In this document: positions 24,366-36,900 of the stretch, piece after piece
How the letters are laid out: each line of letters begins with the position of its first letter
Numbering within the stretch: position 1 is the first letter of the stretch
From: Octopus sinensis
Lineage: Eukaryota
Direction: 5' to 3'
Assembly: GCF_006345805.1 (NCBI RefSeq)
Contig: NW_021833040.1
Span: 24,425 to 88,424, forward strand
DNA length: 64,000 bases
Notes under the pieces: generated by a model
What the model was told of the DNA's origin: nothing
The model's database searches: none
Seen by the model: the letters and a program-made list of their open reading frames with translations, nothing else
Made by a program: the position numbers and the translations under genes

Positions 24366-24696
24366 TATATGTATACTCTTTTACTTCTTTCTGTCATGTG
24401 ATTGTGGCTATGCTGGAGTACCGCCTTTAGTCGATGAAATCGACCCCAGGACTTATTCTTTGTAAGCCTAGTACTTATTTTATCGGTCTCTTTTATCTAT
24501 ATAGATATATATATAGAAGAGAGAGTTGGTATCTGAAAGCACGTTGTTGGATGTATAAAAGGCATAAAATAGTGAAAAAACTACAGAAGGCTTGTGTTCA
24601 ATGGTTGAATGTTATAAAATTATGTGTAGAGTAACAGTTTTTGGAAAAATAACCGGTTTCGTATTTTCTTTTCAAATTTCTTTAACTATATCGTGT

Positions 24697-24741
<45 letters not shown>

Positions 24742-24743
<2 letters not shown>

Positions 24744-25052
24744 CAAAATTAGAGAATGGAGAAACATACTTAAATCAATAAAACATCAACTATCAGATGA
24801 TACCCGATCAATACTTTAATACACCATTACATATCAGGAAAGGCATTATACAAAATATACAGTAAGAGTAAATAAACAAAGAGATATAAGTATAAAATTT
24901 CAAATATAATATGTAATTAAATCAAATCTGACAGCTGTTTCGGCAGTGAGGGCAGTCATACCTCATTTAACCTATAAGCCATAAAGGCAGGTATCATCTG
25001 ATAGTTGATGTTTTATTGATTTAAGTATGTTTCTCCATTCTCTAATTTTGTA
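24742..25052. repeat. Fold-back element with perfect 63-bp inverted repeats
   Basis: 24742-24804 is the reverse complement of 24990-25052. The interior holds a half hammerhead GCCGAAACAGCTGTCAGA on minus (24944-24927). Confidence 0.92.
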
Positions 25053-25224
25053 GTATTAATTTACGGTAATATTATTACCTTTACCCATATAATACAATAG
25101 ATGAACTGATTGTTTGGCAATTTTTAACATCTATGTATTAGTCTTGTTGGGTACCTATCTAGCAGTATATTGGATATATATTATCCCATGGTGGGTTGAA
25201 TTTTCAACCCCTATCTCATTTTAT

Positions 25225-25225
25225 A

Positions 25226-25258
<33 letters not shown>

Positions 25259-25906
25259 ATATATATATTCACACATGTATATATATAATATATATACATA
25301 TATATACATTCACACATGTATATATATAATATATATACATATATATACATATATACACATACATATACATATATATACATACACACATATATATATATAA
25401 TATATATACATATATATACATATAATATACATATATATACACATACATATACATATATATACACATACATATACATATATATACACATACATATACATAT
25501 ATATATACACATACATATATATATATACACATATACATATATATATACACATATACATATACACATATACACATATACATATACACATATATATATATAC
25601 ATATATATATACACATAACATATATATATATACATATACATACATATATATACATATACATATACATACATATATATACATATATCTATATATATAGATA
25701 TATACATATATATATACACATATACATATACATATATCTATACATACATACACACACACACATATCTATACATACATACACACACACATATATATACATA
25801 CACACACACACACACATATATATATACATACACACACCACACATATATATATATACACATACACACATATATATATACACATACACACATATATATATAT
25901 ACACAT

Positions 25907-25960
<54 letters not shown>

Positions 25961-25986
25961 CATATATATATATATATATATATATC

Positions 25987-26024
<38 letters not shown>

Positions 26025-26059
26025 TATACATATATATATATACATACATATATATACAT

Positions 26060-26090
<31 letters not shown>

Positions 26091-26232
26091 CATACACACA
26101 CACACACATATATATATATATACACATACACACACACATATATATATATATACACATACACACATATATATATATACACATACACACATATATATATATA
26201 ATATATATATATATACATATATATATTATATA

Positions 26233-26263
<31 letters not shown>

Positions 26264-26339
26264 CAATATATACATATATATATATATAATACATATATAT
26301 ATATATATCATATATATATATACATACATATATATACAT

Positions 26340-26376
<37 letters not shown>

Positions 26377-26432
26377 CATACAAACATATATAAATACATA
26401 TATACAAACAGATAGATAGATAGATAGATAGA
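25225..26432. repeat. About 1.2 kb compound (TA)/(CA)/(TACA) microsatellite ending in (GATA)n
   Basis: Directly visible; explains the IY/VY ORFs. Confidence 0.97.
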
Positions 26433-27498
26433 TATTTCATTTCAGGCAATATATCGTTGACAAATACAAAGACATCGACAATATGAATGAAACATGCAAG
26501 CTGTTGGATATCACATATGCACTTGTGAGCGCCCGAGTTTTTCCTCCAAGAAATATATTGCCGTTCCTTTCGATTTCAATATAAATTCTTGTGCGTAACT
26601 ACACTTGTACGTTTGTTTGAACGGAAATTCAAAGCGATTTGACCGATTTTACGCTGAACCATTGATAATTTTTACCATTTTGTTCTGGTTACAGGGATGG
26701 TATTGCAATTCCTATATAAAGCAAAGAAAGGTTAGCGTATCCGAAATATTATTAGGATACATATTGTGATTTTGATATCATATTAGCGATAAAAAGAAAA
26801 CAGTTCTTGTGTTATTGGATGAATGGTGAGTAATATACGGGGTGAATATAGTGCAATGAAATATTGGGCTCGCTTACAGAAATTTGATAAGAAAAATCGA
26901 ATAATAGATTGCATGGAAATACGGATTATAAGAAAAGTTGTGAGGATCTTGGTTGTCAATAACAATATAAACAACAACACTAATGGAAATGCTGATGGTA
27001 ATAATAATAATGATTTCATTTATTCACTACAAGGGTGAATGATGGGGGACAATACAAAAACAGAGATAAAATGTAGGGGTTTATATATAATGAAATGGTA
27101 ACAAAATTGTAAGAACGTATACACGGTATACACAGAAAAAGAAGGGATATATTCACAGGAAATAAGGGTTTAAAAAAGAAAAAATTAAAAGTGGTGGGGA
27201 GTACTCAAAAATTAATATCGGTAGATGACAATTCAATAGTGTATAATAAGATGAAGTTTTATCTGAAGGTGTGGAAAGAATGGAATGAAAATAACAATGG
27301 CACCAAAAACCTTCCGGAAGTATAGAAACTTCCCAGTGCTGCACTTGGACATTCTGAAAAAAACGGGTTAATTTAACTATTAGAGCAACCGTCCTCTCTT
27401 TATTCTTCTAATGTATGTATATGTAAACATATATAAACATATATATATGATCGTGTCGTTCGATCATATAAATGATACATAAATATATGCATATATAC

Positions 27499-27529
<31 letters not shown>

Positions 27530-27548
27530 AACATGTATATATACATGC

Positions 27549-27748
27549 ATATATGGGTACAGGACCTAAAATAAACTTTGAACACAATAGAAACCTAAAC
27601 ATTGAAACAAAAACATAGAAACGAACTTTCTTTCGACGAACGAAAAAACCCCCGAAGAAATGAGACATGCAACATAAAGAATATTCTCCTACATCTGTTG
27701 TCCCCTTATTGTGTTGAAGGTTTTTCTTTATGCCCTGTACCCATATAT
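27549..27748. repeat. Short repeat with about 38-bp imperfect inverted ends
   Basis: atatgggtacaggac...gaacacaa versus ttgtgttg...gccctgtacccatat. The body is related to 861-1100. Confidence 0.75.
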
Positions 27749-27770
27749 ACATGTATATATGCATACATTT

Positions 27771-27811
<41 letters not shown>

Positions 27812-27814
27812 CTA

Positions 27815-28240
27815 CATTCGAACCACGCGAGGGACAATTGACAAACTTTCAACAAATTTGCCGCAAAGGCTACACTTCTCTCTCCATCCTCTATTCTCAT
27901 TTGAAGGGAAAATGGAAAAATGTGATGATGTCTTGTCCAGAGAGTTTCGAGTCTTACTTCTGCACTTTCAAGTTCGTCTACTACACGAACTCTTCCGATA
28001 ATCCACCAGACTGATAAATAGTTCTAGTCCTTCTCGGTCAAACGAATGCGCTCCTCCGATGGCCGGATCCGCTACATGCGTGACATAAGCTGCAGGAGAT
28101 AAACCAACAAATCTCGAGGACTGGACGAGTGCGTGCAAAATAGTTTCGTTGCTCTTCGCGTATATAAAGCAAGTTCGACTGACACCACTTCTTTACCTGT
28201 TGAGTATCTACCCCAACCAATCTAGTCCAGCCAATAAAAA
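27815..28240 (-). mobile_element. L1/Tx1 ORF2 C-terminal relic
   Basis: Across frameshifts: SNETILHALVQ (zf-RVT-like), QLMSRM*RIR, SFDREGLELFISLV, LSGQDIITFFHF, RMEREV. Confidence 0.65.
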
Positions 28241-28765
28241 TGCCGGGCCAGAGATTGCTGTTACTTATCTGTCGATTCTGGTCTGAAAATTATCTTTCTT
28301 CGACGGACAATGGCGTTCCAAGATCTTTGTTATTTTATCCCTTCACTAAAACTCAGTACAATGTCAATGTAGAAATTCCACCGAGCGCATTGCTTGACTG
28401 TAAGAGAGTTGTGGGCGCCTGATATCACTCTAGTTGCCAAACGCTCTTATTTAGTCAATGCTGTAAAGGAATCGGTAAAGGAATGAAGATCGGTCAAGCA
28501 GCGTAAAAGTTACGTTCTTATGAAAATTTATCAGGTCGGAGATTGTTTTGAATACCTCAAATATTCGGGGTTTATCCCTAACAACTGATGTCACGCATGT
28601 GGAGGATCCGGCTATTGGTCGTGTCCATTTTGAATATTTAACTGCCGCTTTCTTTTGACTGGGAAGATCTGGAAGTATTTATCTGTCTGTCTGTCGGATT
28701 ATCGGAAGATTTTTGAAGTAGACAATATGGAAAGTGCTGAAATCAGACTTCTTCCGCACGTGAGT
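28240..28765 (+). mobile_element. L1/Tx1 ORF2 C-terminal relic, opposite orientation
   Basis: QLMSRMWRIRLLVVSILNI*LPLSFDWEDLEVFICL is homologous at DNA level to 27950-28120 minus. Confidence 0.65.
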
Positions 28766-29419
28766 TAAACTTTGCAATCCAGTCGCACCCCATTTCCCTC
28801 CTATGTGAGTCACTCACCAGAAACCAATTTGCTGGGGTATGTTTGAGATTTTTACAACAATCGCTCATCCCTGCAGGTAACCTGGACCTCCTTTTATAGT
28901 AAAACGGTGTATTATATTTATGCTAGGTTTCCCCAATGAAAGATAACCTTATTGCAGCCGAATTCTGGGGCGAGGCTCCCAAAACTGATGTCAGCCTATA
29001 TATATCTCTTTATTTTTTACTAAGCAGAGCTCGAACTGGTCTAATACTATATTTCAAACTATTACTTTTCAAAGAGAACATTCTATACAGATTAGTTTTC
29101 TTTTGTTGCATCAAAAAGGTTTTTCCGGTATATTTAGTGTAGCCTTTCCTGGTTTCTTTTGATATATTTTTCCTGCATCATTTAAATGTTCATCCTTGTT
29201 TATTGATAATATGACATTATATACATTAACGATTTTCTTCAAAGACATGTGTTTTGAGCGTGTGTTCAAAGCTTTGGAGCATTGTTATCACTGCTATTAT
29301 TGTTTGCTTGTTTGTGGGGTGGTGATTGCGTTCACAATGCATGATTTGCCTCAACTGTTTTATATTTTGAGCTTCGTTACAACGTTGCTACTGTTTTTTT
29401 TTATATTACTATTTTTGTA

Positions 29420-29645
29420 AGGTGGTGAGCCGGCAGAATTGCTAGCACGTCGATCAAAATGCTTAGCGGCATTTTGTCCGTCCTTAGGTGATGACTTCAA
29501 ATTCCGCCGAAGTCGAGATTGCATTCCGTCCTAATTTATCGACCCCAGAAGTATGAAAAGTGAACTGGGCTTCGGCGGAATTTGAACGAGGTGGCAGGCA
29601 AAATACCGCCAGGCGTTTTAATAATTTTGCCAGTTTGGCACCTTG
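29420..29645. mobile_element. Two partial family A SINEs, plus then minus
   Basis: aaattccgccgaag and cttcggcggaattt in opposite orientation, followed by (AAT)n at 29650-29695. Confidence 0.75.
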
Positions 29646-29651
29646 ATGATG

Positions 29652-29695
<44 letters not shown>

Positions 29696-29884
29696 CCTTC
29701 CTACTATAAGCCACTTGTTTTTAGAACACGATGTAATTCAGTAACATTTGTCCCCTCACATGAATAGCATTTTCGCTGCTATACGGAAAGTCTCATTCGC
29801 TGGAGTAGGAATAAATAATGTAAGAATGTAAGCTGGAAGAAATATCGTTTGACATATTTTTCTGTAATTCTTTAAATCCCTAAC

Positions 29885-30105
29885 AAGTGCTGGGGTCGAT
29901 GTGTTAGACCATCCCTCTCCTCTAAAATTCTAGGCCTTTTGCCTATAGTAGAAAGGATATTATTAGTTCTGTAAGGCGGCCAGTTGGCAGAATCGTTAAC
30001 AGGTTGGATGAAAAACTTAGCGGTGTGTCGCTCTGAGTTCAAATTCCGCTGAGGTCGATTTGTCCTTCATCCTTTAGGGGATGATAAACTAAGTACCAAT
30101 CCTGG
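29885..30105 (+). mobile_element. Partial family A SINEs
   Basis: A tail-2 fragment, then ggcggccagttggcagaatcg...gaggtcgatttgtcc. Confidence 0.75.
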
Positions 30106-30595
30106 TATAAAAGATGAGCTAGAGCAAATACTCGGCTCGATACTACAGATTTGCTTGGCAGTTTCTTGACGTTAACCAGTTGAGTATGTCTCCTAGTGTC
30201 TGATGATATATGCATCTCTGATCACAAGCAGAGGAAGTGTCATAGCTATGTTTTGAGAGCAATTCTTTGGATTATGAACAGTTCACTTCTGCGAACATGC
30301 ATGTTTCGGCTATCATATTTAAACCAACCTTATTAAGGGGGATGCGCGACTCGCCCGGAAGAAAATCTTAACTGAGCCCCACCTACAAGTTCATGCGCTG
30401 TTGATCTTGATATGAGATCACAATGTCGCGCACATATGGTTGTTATGCATGTGCCTGGTGTACCCTTATCAGACGGGTAGTCACGATGGGTATATATCTA
30501 TCCGCATATTTGTACGGGCATGTTTGTACCCGCATGTAATTTTGATTCATGCAATGCTCTCTCACTTAATGATAATAATAATAATAATAATAATC
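30105..30595 (+). mobile_element. Probable LINE 3' UTR fragment ending in (AAT)n
   Basis: gatcttgatatgagatcac...gtacccttatcagacgggtag...ctctctcactt(aat)n resembles a common octopod repeat end (from recollection). Confidence 0.45.
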
Positions 30596-30790
30596 ATTTC
30601 CGATAAAGGCGCAAGGCCTGAAATTTGGTGGGAGGGGGCCAGCCGATTAGATCGATCTAAGTTCGCAACTGGTACTTAATTTATCGACCCCACAAGGAGG
30701 AAAGGCAAACTCGACTGCGGCGGAATTTGAACGTAGCGGCAGACGAAATACCGCCCGAAGTTTTAACGATTCTGCCTGCTCGGCGCCTTG
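30596..30790 (-). mobile_element. SINE family A (tail type 2)
   Basis: Reverse-complement match to family A. Confidence 0.8.
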
Positions 30791-30989
30791 ATAATAATAA
30801 TAATAATCCTTCCTACTAAACGCCACACGTTTTTAGAGTAACACGTGTTCCTTCACATGAATAGCGTTTTCGCTGTTATACGGAAAGTCTCATTCGCTGG
30901 AGTAGGAATAAATAATGTAAGAATGTAAGCTAGAAGAAATATCGTTTGACATATTTTTCTGTAGTTTTTATATCCCTGGAAGCTCGTGA

Positions 30990-31586
30990 AAACGATGATG
31001 TTTCTGTTGAGATGATGTTGAAGGAAAGCAACAAGGGGTCGTCGATGATGACAGCGAAGAAGAGAGAGAAGAAGTGAATGAAGAGAAAGAAGGGAAAAAA
31101 GAGAAAGAAGAGAAAAAAGAAGAGAAAAACAGAGAAAGAAGAGAGAGAAACAAGAGAGAAAGAAAAAGAGGAAGAAGAGAAAGATGAAGAGAAAGAAGAG
31201 AAAAAAGAAGGGAAAGAAAACGAGGAAAAGAGAAAGATGAGGAGAAAGAAAAGAAAGAAAAGGAAGAATTAGAGAGAAAGAAGAGAAAGAAGAAGAGAGA
31301 CAGAATAAAGAAGAGAAAGAAAAGAAAGAAGAGAGAAAGAAGAAGACGAAGAGATAGAAGAGGGAAAAGAGAAAGAGGAAGAGAAAAAGAATTGAAAAGA
31401 AAAGAGAAAGAATAAAGAAGAGAACGAAATAGAGAGAAGAAGAGAAAGAAGTGAAGAAGAGGAAGAAGAGACCAAAGAAGAAAAGAGAAAGAAGAATAGA
31501 AAGAAGAGGCTGATGATGATAAAAAGATGAAAATATGGGAAACGAGTGATGATGATGATGAGGACAAAAAGGCGAAACAAATGAGA

Positions 31587-31628
<42 letters not shown>

Positions 31629-31665
31629 GAAGGAGGAGGAGGGGAGAAGAGGTGGAGGAAGAATG
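30990..31665. repeat. Purine-rich (GAA/AAAG)n low-complexity tract with (GAT)/(AAT) end
   Basis: Directly visible. Confidence 0.9.
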
Positions 31666-33378
31666 TTAGTTTCATTTATATGCCACGTGTGCACACGATG
31701 TTACACGATATTGCAATAACCGATTATGAAAATGATTTGGATTTACAGAGAATCGATTATCAGAATCATAGAAAAAGGCCTGGGATGAAAAATAGCTGTA
31801 TGTAATGAGACAACCCATTAGGTGGCCAATCTAAGAAACGCCACAGATCCAAGATTAACTTGACGACCAGTAATAAAGGTTTCTTTTGTTATTATATTCA
31901 TTTATGTAAATATATTTCATATTTATAATAAAGTCTTTTAGACCAATCATATGTTTTCCTGTCACGTTGACAATGACATTAACTTCTGTACTAGATATGT
32001 TAATAGCTAAATGGAATAAACTTCTATCTACCTAACAGAAAATTGGACAGCAGAAGATGTGTGCATGGCTGTAAATAACACATATTAATAAAGAAACCAA
32101 TATGATAAGAACGCTGTCATATAGAAAAGAATGTACATACTGTGTGTATTGATTACAATGAAACATCAATGATAGTGTTTCATATCCACGGACACTTGGA
32201 TCAATGAAGAAGCATAAATAAATACCACTATTCATAGAATTCAGGAAAAACTAGCATACTTAAAATAGAAAAATACATATATATATGTATAAGTTAGAAG
32301 AAAGATAGTCGTAAATTCAGAAATCAGTCAATCTCAAGTTACATCGGAAAAGAAATGTTTTTTCTCAACTGTTCTCGGTTTTCTGGCTCACTGCCTTATT
32401 CGGTGCAATCCTACGTTGCCGAGTGTATAATGACGTGTTGAAAGGTGTCAAAATTTACTAAACTCGTCCATGTGGACGACGAGAAATTTTATGACAGCTG
32501 AGAAAAGTTGATAGCAAAGATACCGTTCGTTGCAAAATGTTATGGCTCCGACATCAAATTGAAATCAATAATTCTCTGTGCGTTAATTTCAGTAAATTTA
32601 GGATCAATGCATATAAATCATGGCTACCTTCAGTATTTCCTCTTCCGAAATTGTGTACATTTTGACTAGAGCATAACAGGGTAATAGAAGTTTTGATAGG
32701 GATTTTGGTGATACTTTTTACAGATTGAGGGATCTTTTAAAACACCCTACCAAATTCATCACGAAAATGAATTGTTGTGCATTCCGTCAAGTGAGCTTAC
32801 CCCAACTAAATAAACAAATAAAAATACAATAAATACTTGATAATCAATAAACTATGCAATAAACGATTTAGTAATATAAGCTAATTATAGATATATAATT
32901 ATCAATTTCAAAATTAGAGTTATGATAATTTAGCAGATATAGCAGAAATGTGGTGCCGCTCATGTAATTTGAAAATCCTCTCGAATTGTGTCATTAAAGC
33001 AGTGAATGCAATTTTGAAGATATGCAGCTCAATGCTAAAGCAAAGATAGAGTTTTAGAATGAATACCTGAAGCAGATCAATAGATTAATGTTAGTATGTT
33101 CAAAATCCGACGAGTGTCATAGCATTAGCTGTTGTTATAATATTCAGTTCACCTGTCATCATATCCTACCTCCTAATATGAATAGAAATACATGAAATAA
33201 TGTAGATATAATTGTCTGACAAAGGGCGAAATATTTAGGATTAGAACTCTTTATCTAACAGTCTGTTTGAGTACGGCTGGCAGTGAGTAGTATTAGACCC
33301 TGTAAGCAACACTCTACATAGTCGCTCGACTTCCTGAATGAAGTTTTAACTTGAAGTGTGGTTATATAAAACAAATTC

Positions 33379-33585
33379 ACGCCAGGCGAAATGCGTAGCC
33401 GTATTTCGTCTGTCGTTACGTTCCGAGTTCAAATTCCGCCGAGGTCGACTTTGCTTGTCATCCTTTCGTGGTCGATAAATTAAGTACCAGTTACGCACTG
33501 GCGGCGATGTAATCGACTTAATCCCTTTGTCTGTCCTTGTTTGTCCCCCCTGTGTTCAGCCCCTTGTGGGTATTAAAGAAATATA
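33379..33585 (+). mobile_element. 5'-truncated SINE family A with TSD
   Basis: TATATAAAACAAAT on both flanks. Confidence 0.9.
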
Positions 33586-34448
33586 TATATATAAAACAAA
33601 TCTTGTAAATGTATGAGAACACAATTTTACCTTAGAAAAAGATATTTGCATCAAATTTTGACACAAGGATTCACAATTTAACGGAAGAATTTATAGATTT
33701 ACAGTCAGACCGGTATATCATATTGTCTACACGGAATGAATGAAAAATAAACTTCAGCTCAGCGGGATTGGAACTCAATATATATTTGGAACAAATGCTG
33801 CTTGTCATTTTGTCTACGAGTTAACAATACTAGCATATTTTGGCAAGATCGGCAATTTTGAGGAGATAATGGTCATCCATACCTACTCCCTCGTATTTGA
33901 ATCGTACTTTGTTTTATGGACCGTGCAAGGATTGAAGTGAACGCTTAATACTGCATTAAATGTTAAAGAATCGGATGGAATACTGTTTGGTAATTTGTCC
34001 AACACTTTAACGTTTCTGCAAGACTGCTTCCTTGCATTAGAAAATAATGTCAAGGAAACTATCAAACTTTACCGTGGGTAACAGAAAACTTTGCGTTCGA
34101 TGCCACAATTATAACATTCTGTATAACAGAGAAATTACATTGTCCCACGAGAGACGGGCTATAAAACGGCTTCAGAAAAGTGCAGGCAAATAAATATCAA
34201 CATAGCAAGATGCTTACATTTATATTCGGAACTAAATTTGGAAGGAAAATAGCTGGAATTAAAACGTATTATTGGGCACTATTCTATTAGATAACAAAGG
34301 CAAAGAAAAACCAAACAGAAGATGAAAGAGGATAGTGAAATAAAGAATATATTATTCAATAAAAAATGCTGAAAAGAGATGTAATGGGAGTTAAATGAAC
34401 AAGGACAAGACAAAATACGACTTTACTATAAAATAATATAAAATAAAT

Positions 34449-34697
34449 GCGCCCTTTTAAAGCCTAGCCAGGCTCATGGGCTCTGTTTCCCGGTTTCTAT
34501 GGCGTACGTCTTCCCCAGCTGGACGGGACGTCAGTCCATCGCAGCCTTACTCATTTTTGCCAGCTGAGTAGACTGGAGCAACGTGGAATGAAGTGTTTTG
34601 CTCATGAACAAAACGCGTCGCTCGGTCCAGGAATCGAAACCACAATCTTACGATCATGATGCTGACACACTAACCACTAAGCCACGTGCCGCCACAC
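34449..34697 (-). mobile_element. SINE family D
   Basis: tRNA-like head on minus (GTGGCTTAGTGGTTAG...GGTTTCGATTCC). The tail is shared with 52258-52350. Confidence 0.85.
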
Positions 34698-34749
34698 GAC
34701 CTTTCTATATGTAACGATATTTCTGCTTATTAATGTTGAGTGAGAAACA

Positions 34750-36400
34750 CCAAACGGGAACAACCTAAATAAATATATAAATAGAAATGGAATAAGATGA
34801 TTATTATGGAATAAGAAATTAGAACGGTTGATATTGCAACCGCGTCAAATTAGAGATGATTTGAAAGATTACAGCAAATAAGAAATTCCAACGTTCCAAT
34901 AACAACATTTGTGATAATGCATTCCTGGCTGTCTCAAACTTAACTAAAACCAACTCAAATATCTATGGCATTAATCTAAGTATTATATTTACAAATGAAA
35001 TGGGTTACTCCCTCAGATGTTCTCAAATAGAAATATCAATACCCACAAGATCACAAGAATCAAATATGCAAAACCAGATATAAAGTATAAGAAAATTATT
35101 TCAATACTTAATGAAATCAATAACAATTCGTCACAGCCGAAAAAATGCTCCAAGAGAAAGACCGATCCAACAGAATTGTAATATAACAATGAAAGAAACG
35201 AAATCAAGCTGAAAGACAAGATCCTCGATAAATAGGAATGAATCTGTAGAAGAAACTATGAAGTTTGCTCACACATTGTTCCACTGCAACTCAAAACGAT
35301 CTTTAGAGAGCACTTGGTAAAAATACAAATCAATACGATATCAACAACAGTAGATGAATTCCGGGGAGAAGAGATATGCATTAAATCTCAATATTGATCG
35401 AATCAAACGGTACGGATTATGGAGAATAGTTGGAGGTCACAAAAAACCAAACTTGTCCACATAATTCGCCGATCAAACATCTCGAAAGCGCCGAGATATC
35501 ACAATTTTTCAATCACTCTGCTTAAAATAGTTAACATAGTCATAAATGTGCTTGCAAATATGTGTAATTAGATACTGACGCTGCCTGAGACGACGCGTGA
35601 TTGACTCTACGATGAAGAAATCAGCAATCACAAAAAAAAAAAACAAATTCTGAAATCTATAGATCCATAACTGGACGTCCAGCAAAAAAGAATGACTTAA
35701 ATGCAATATAATATCTCAGTAAATAAATGGATATAATCATCCCTGCTTGAAGACCAGCGGCTGAAAATGATGTTTCCAAGGTGCATATAGCTGTAAATAT
35801 AAATTATTATTCATTAAAATCTTAACCAAAGACTGCAGTTAGAGAAGAATTTGAGTAAGTGTAGCATGAACCCCAGAGAGCTTTCCACAATATTACATAC
35901 ATGGAGATCCAGAAAGAAGCACAGCGGTAAGGCAACAGGAAGAACGAGGATACATGAAACGCTTCATGAGTAATTGACAATGGATTTTGCAGGTACCAAC
36001 AAAAAGGGGAATATTATAAAGAAAAAACTGCGTCGCTATTAAAATAAAATATTCCAAGTAGACTCACTTTTCATCTTTCTGAGTGACATTTAAATTTTTA
36101 GCCGACATTATAAACAAAAAAGGGTTCCGTACAAGCGTCATGACCATATCTAGGATATCAAACACTTCACTGCAAACAATAAATTTGTTTAAGAGAGAAA
36201 CAGATATGAAACTCAGATTAGAAAATGTATGCTAAAGCAACTTCAAAAACAGCATACGAAAACTACTATTATACTTGATAAAGAAAATAACATGCGATCT
36301 GATAATTCATTGACGTGCGAATAGTTAGGAGTCAATGGACATGGCAATTCAAAACATACACAAATACAATTAAACATTACAAAGGCATGTTTCAGTCTCA
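34750..36400 (+). mobile_element. Heavily decayed non-LTR ORF, possibly R4/Dong-like
   Basis: A-rich, coding-like composition and a YLG motif near 36148. No continuous frame. Confidence 0.22.
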
Positions 36401-36515
36401 TTTGATCATTACTGAATGCAAAAGGACGAGGGAAATAAAGTAACTGGCAGAAATATCTTTACGTCTCCGGAATAAAGTATGGTCCTCATTTTCATAATCG
36501 GATACTAAAGAAATT

Positions 36516-36900
36516 GTGGAGGCGCAATGGCCCAGTGGTTAGGGCAGCGGACTCGTGGTCGTAGGATCGCGGTTTCGATTCCCAGACCGGGCGTTGTGAG
36601 TGTTTATTGAGCGAAAACATCTAAAGCTCCACGAGGCTCCGGCAGGGGATGGTGGTGATCCCGGCTGTACTCTTTCACCACAACTTTCTCTCACTCTTAC
36701 TTCCTGTTTCTGTTGTACCTGTATTTCAAAGGGCCTGCCTCGTCACTCTCTGTGTCACGCTGAATATCCCCGAGAACTACGTTAAGGGTACACGTGTCTG
36801 TGGAGTGCTCAGCCACTTACACGTTAATTTCACGAGCAGGCTGTTCCGTTGATCGGATCAACCGGAACCCTCGTCGTCGTAACCGACGGAGTGCTTCCAC
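36516..36900 (+). mobile_element. SINE family C (tail type 2), full length with TSD
   Basis: TSD ACTAAAGAAATT at 36504-36515 and 36899-36910; clear A and B boxes. Confidence 0.95.

Noticed and set aside
25216-26449. Many long IY/VY/HT-repeat ORFs (also at about 1829, 5643-6357, 10321, 23453, 58239-58875, 63760)
   Set aside because: These are translations of (TA)n/(CA)n microsatellites that are open on both strands, with no coding signature.
28050-28630. Apparent zinc knuckles CHACSGSGH and CHACGGSGY
   Set aside because: The QLMSRM.RIR frame fits L1/Tx1 ORF2 and links to flanking motifs, so the Cys pattern is an off-frame reading.
30968-31694. 235-aa F/L/S-rich and K/E/R-rich ORFs
   Set aside because: They derive from a purine-rich low-complexity tract; the plus strand is broken by stops.
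36516-36600. tRNA-like sequences with A and B boxes (all SINE heads)
   Set aside because: They continue into SINE cores and tails with TSDs; no complete cloverleaf with an acceptor stem.
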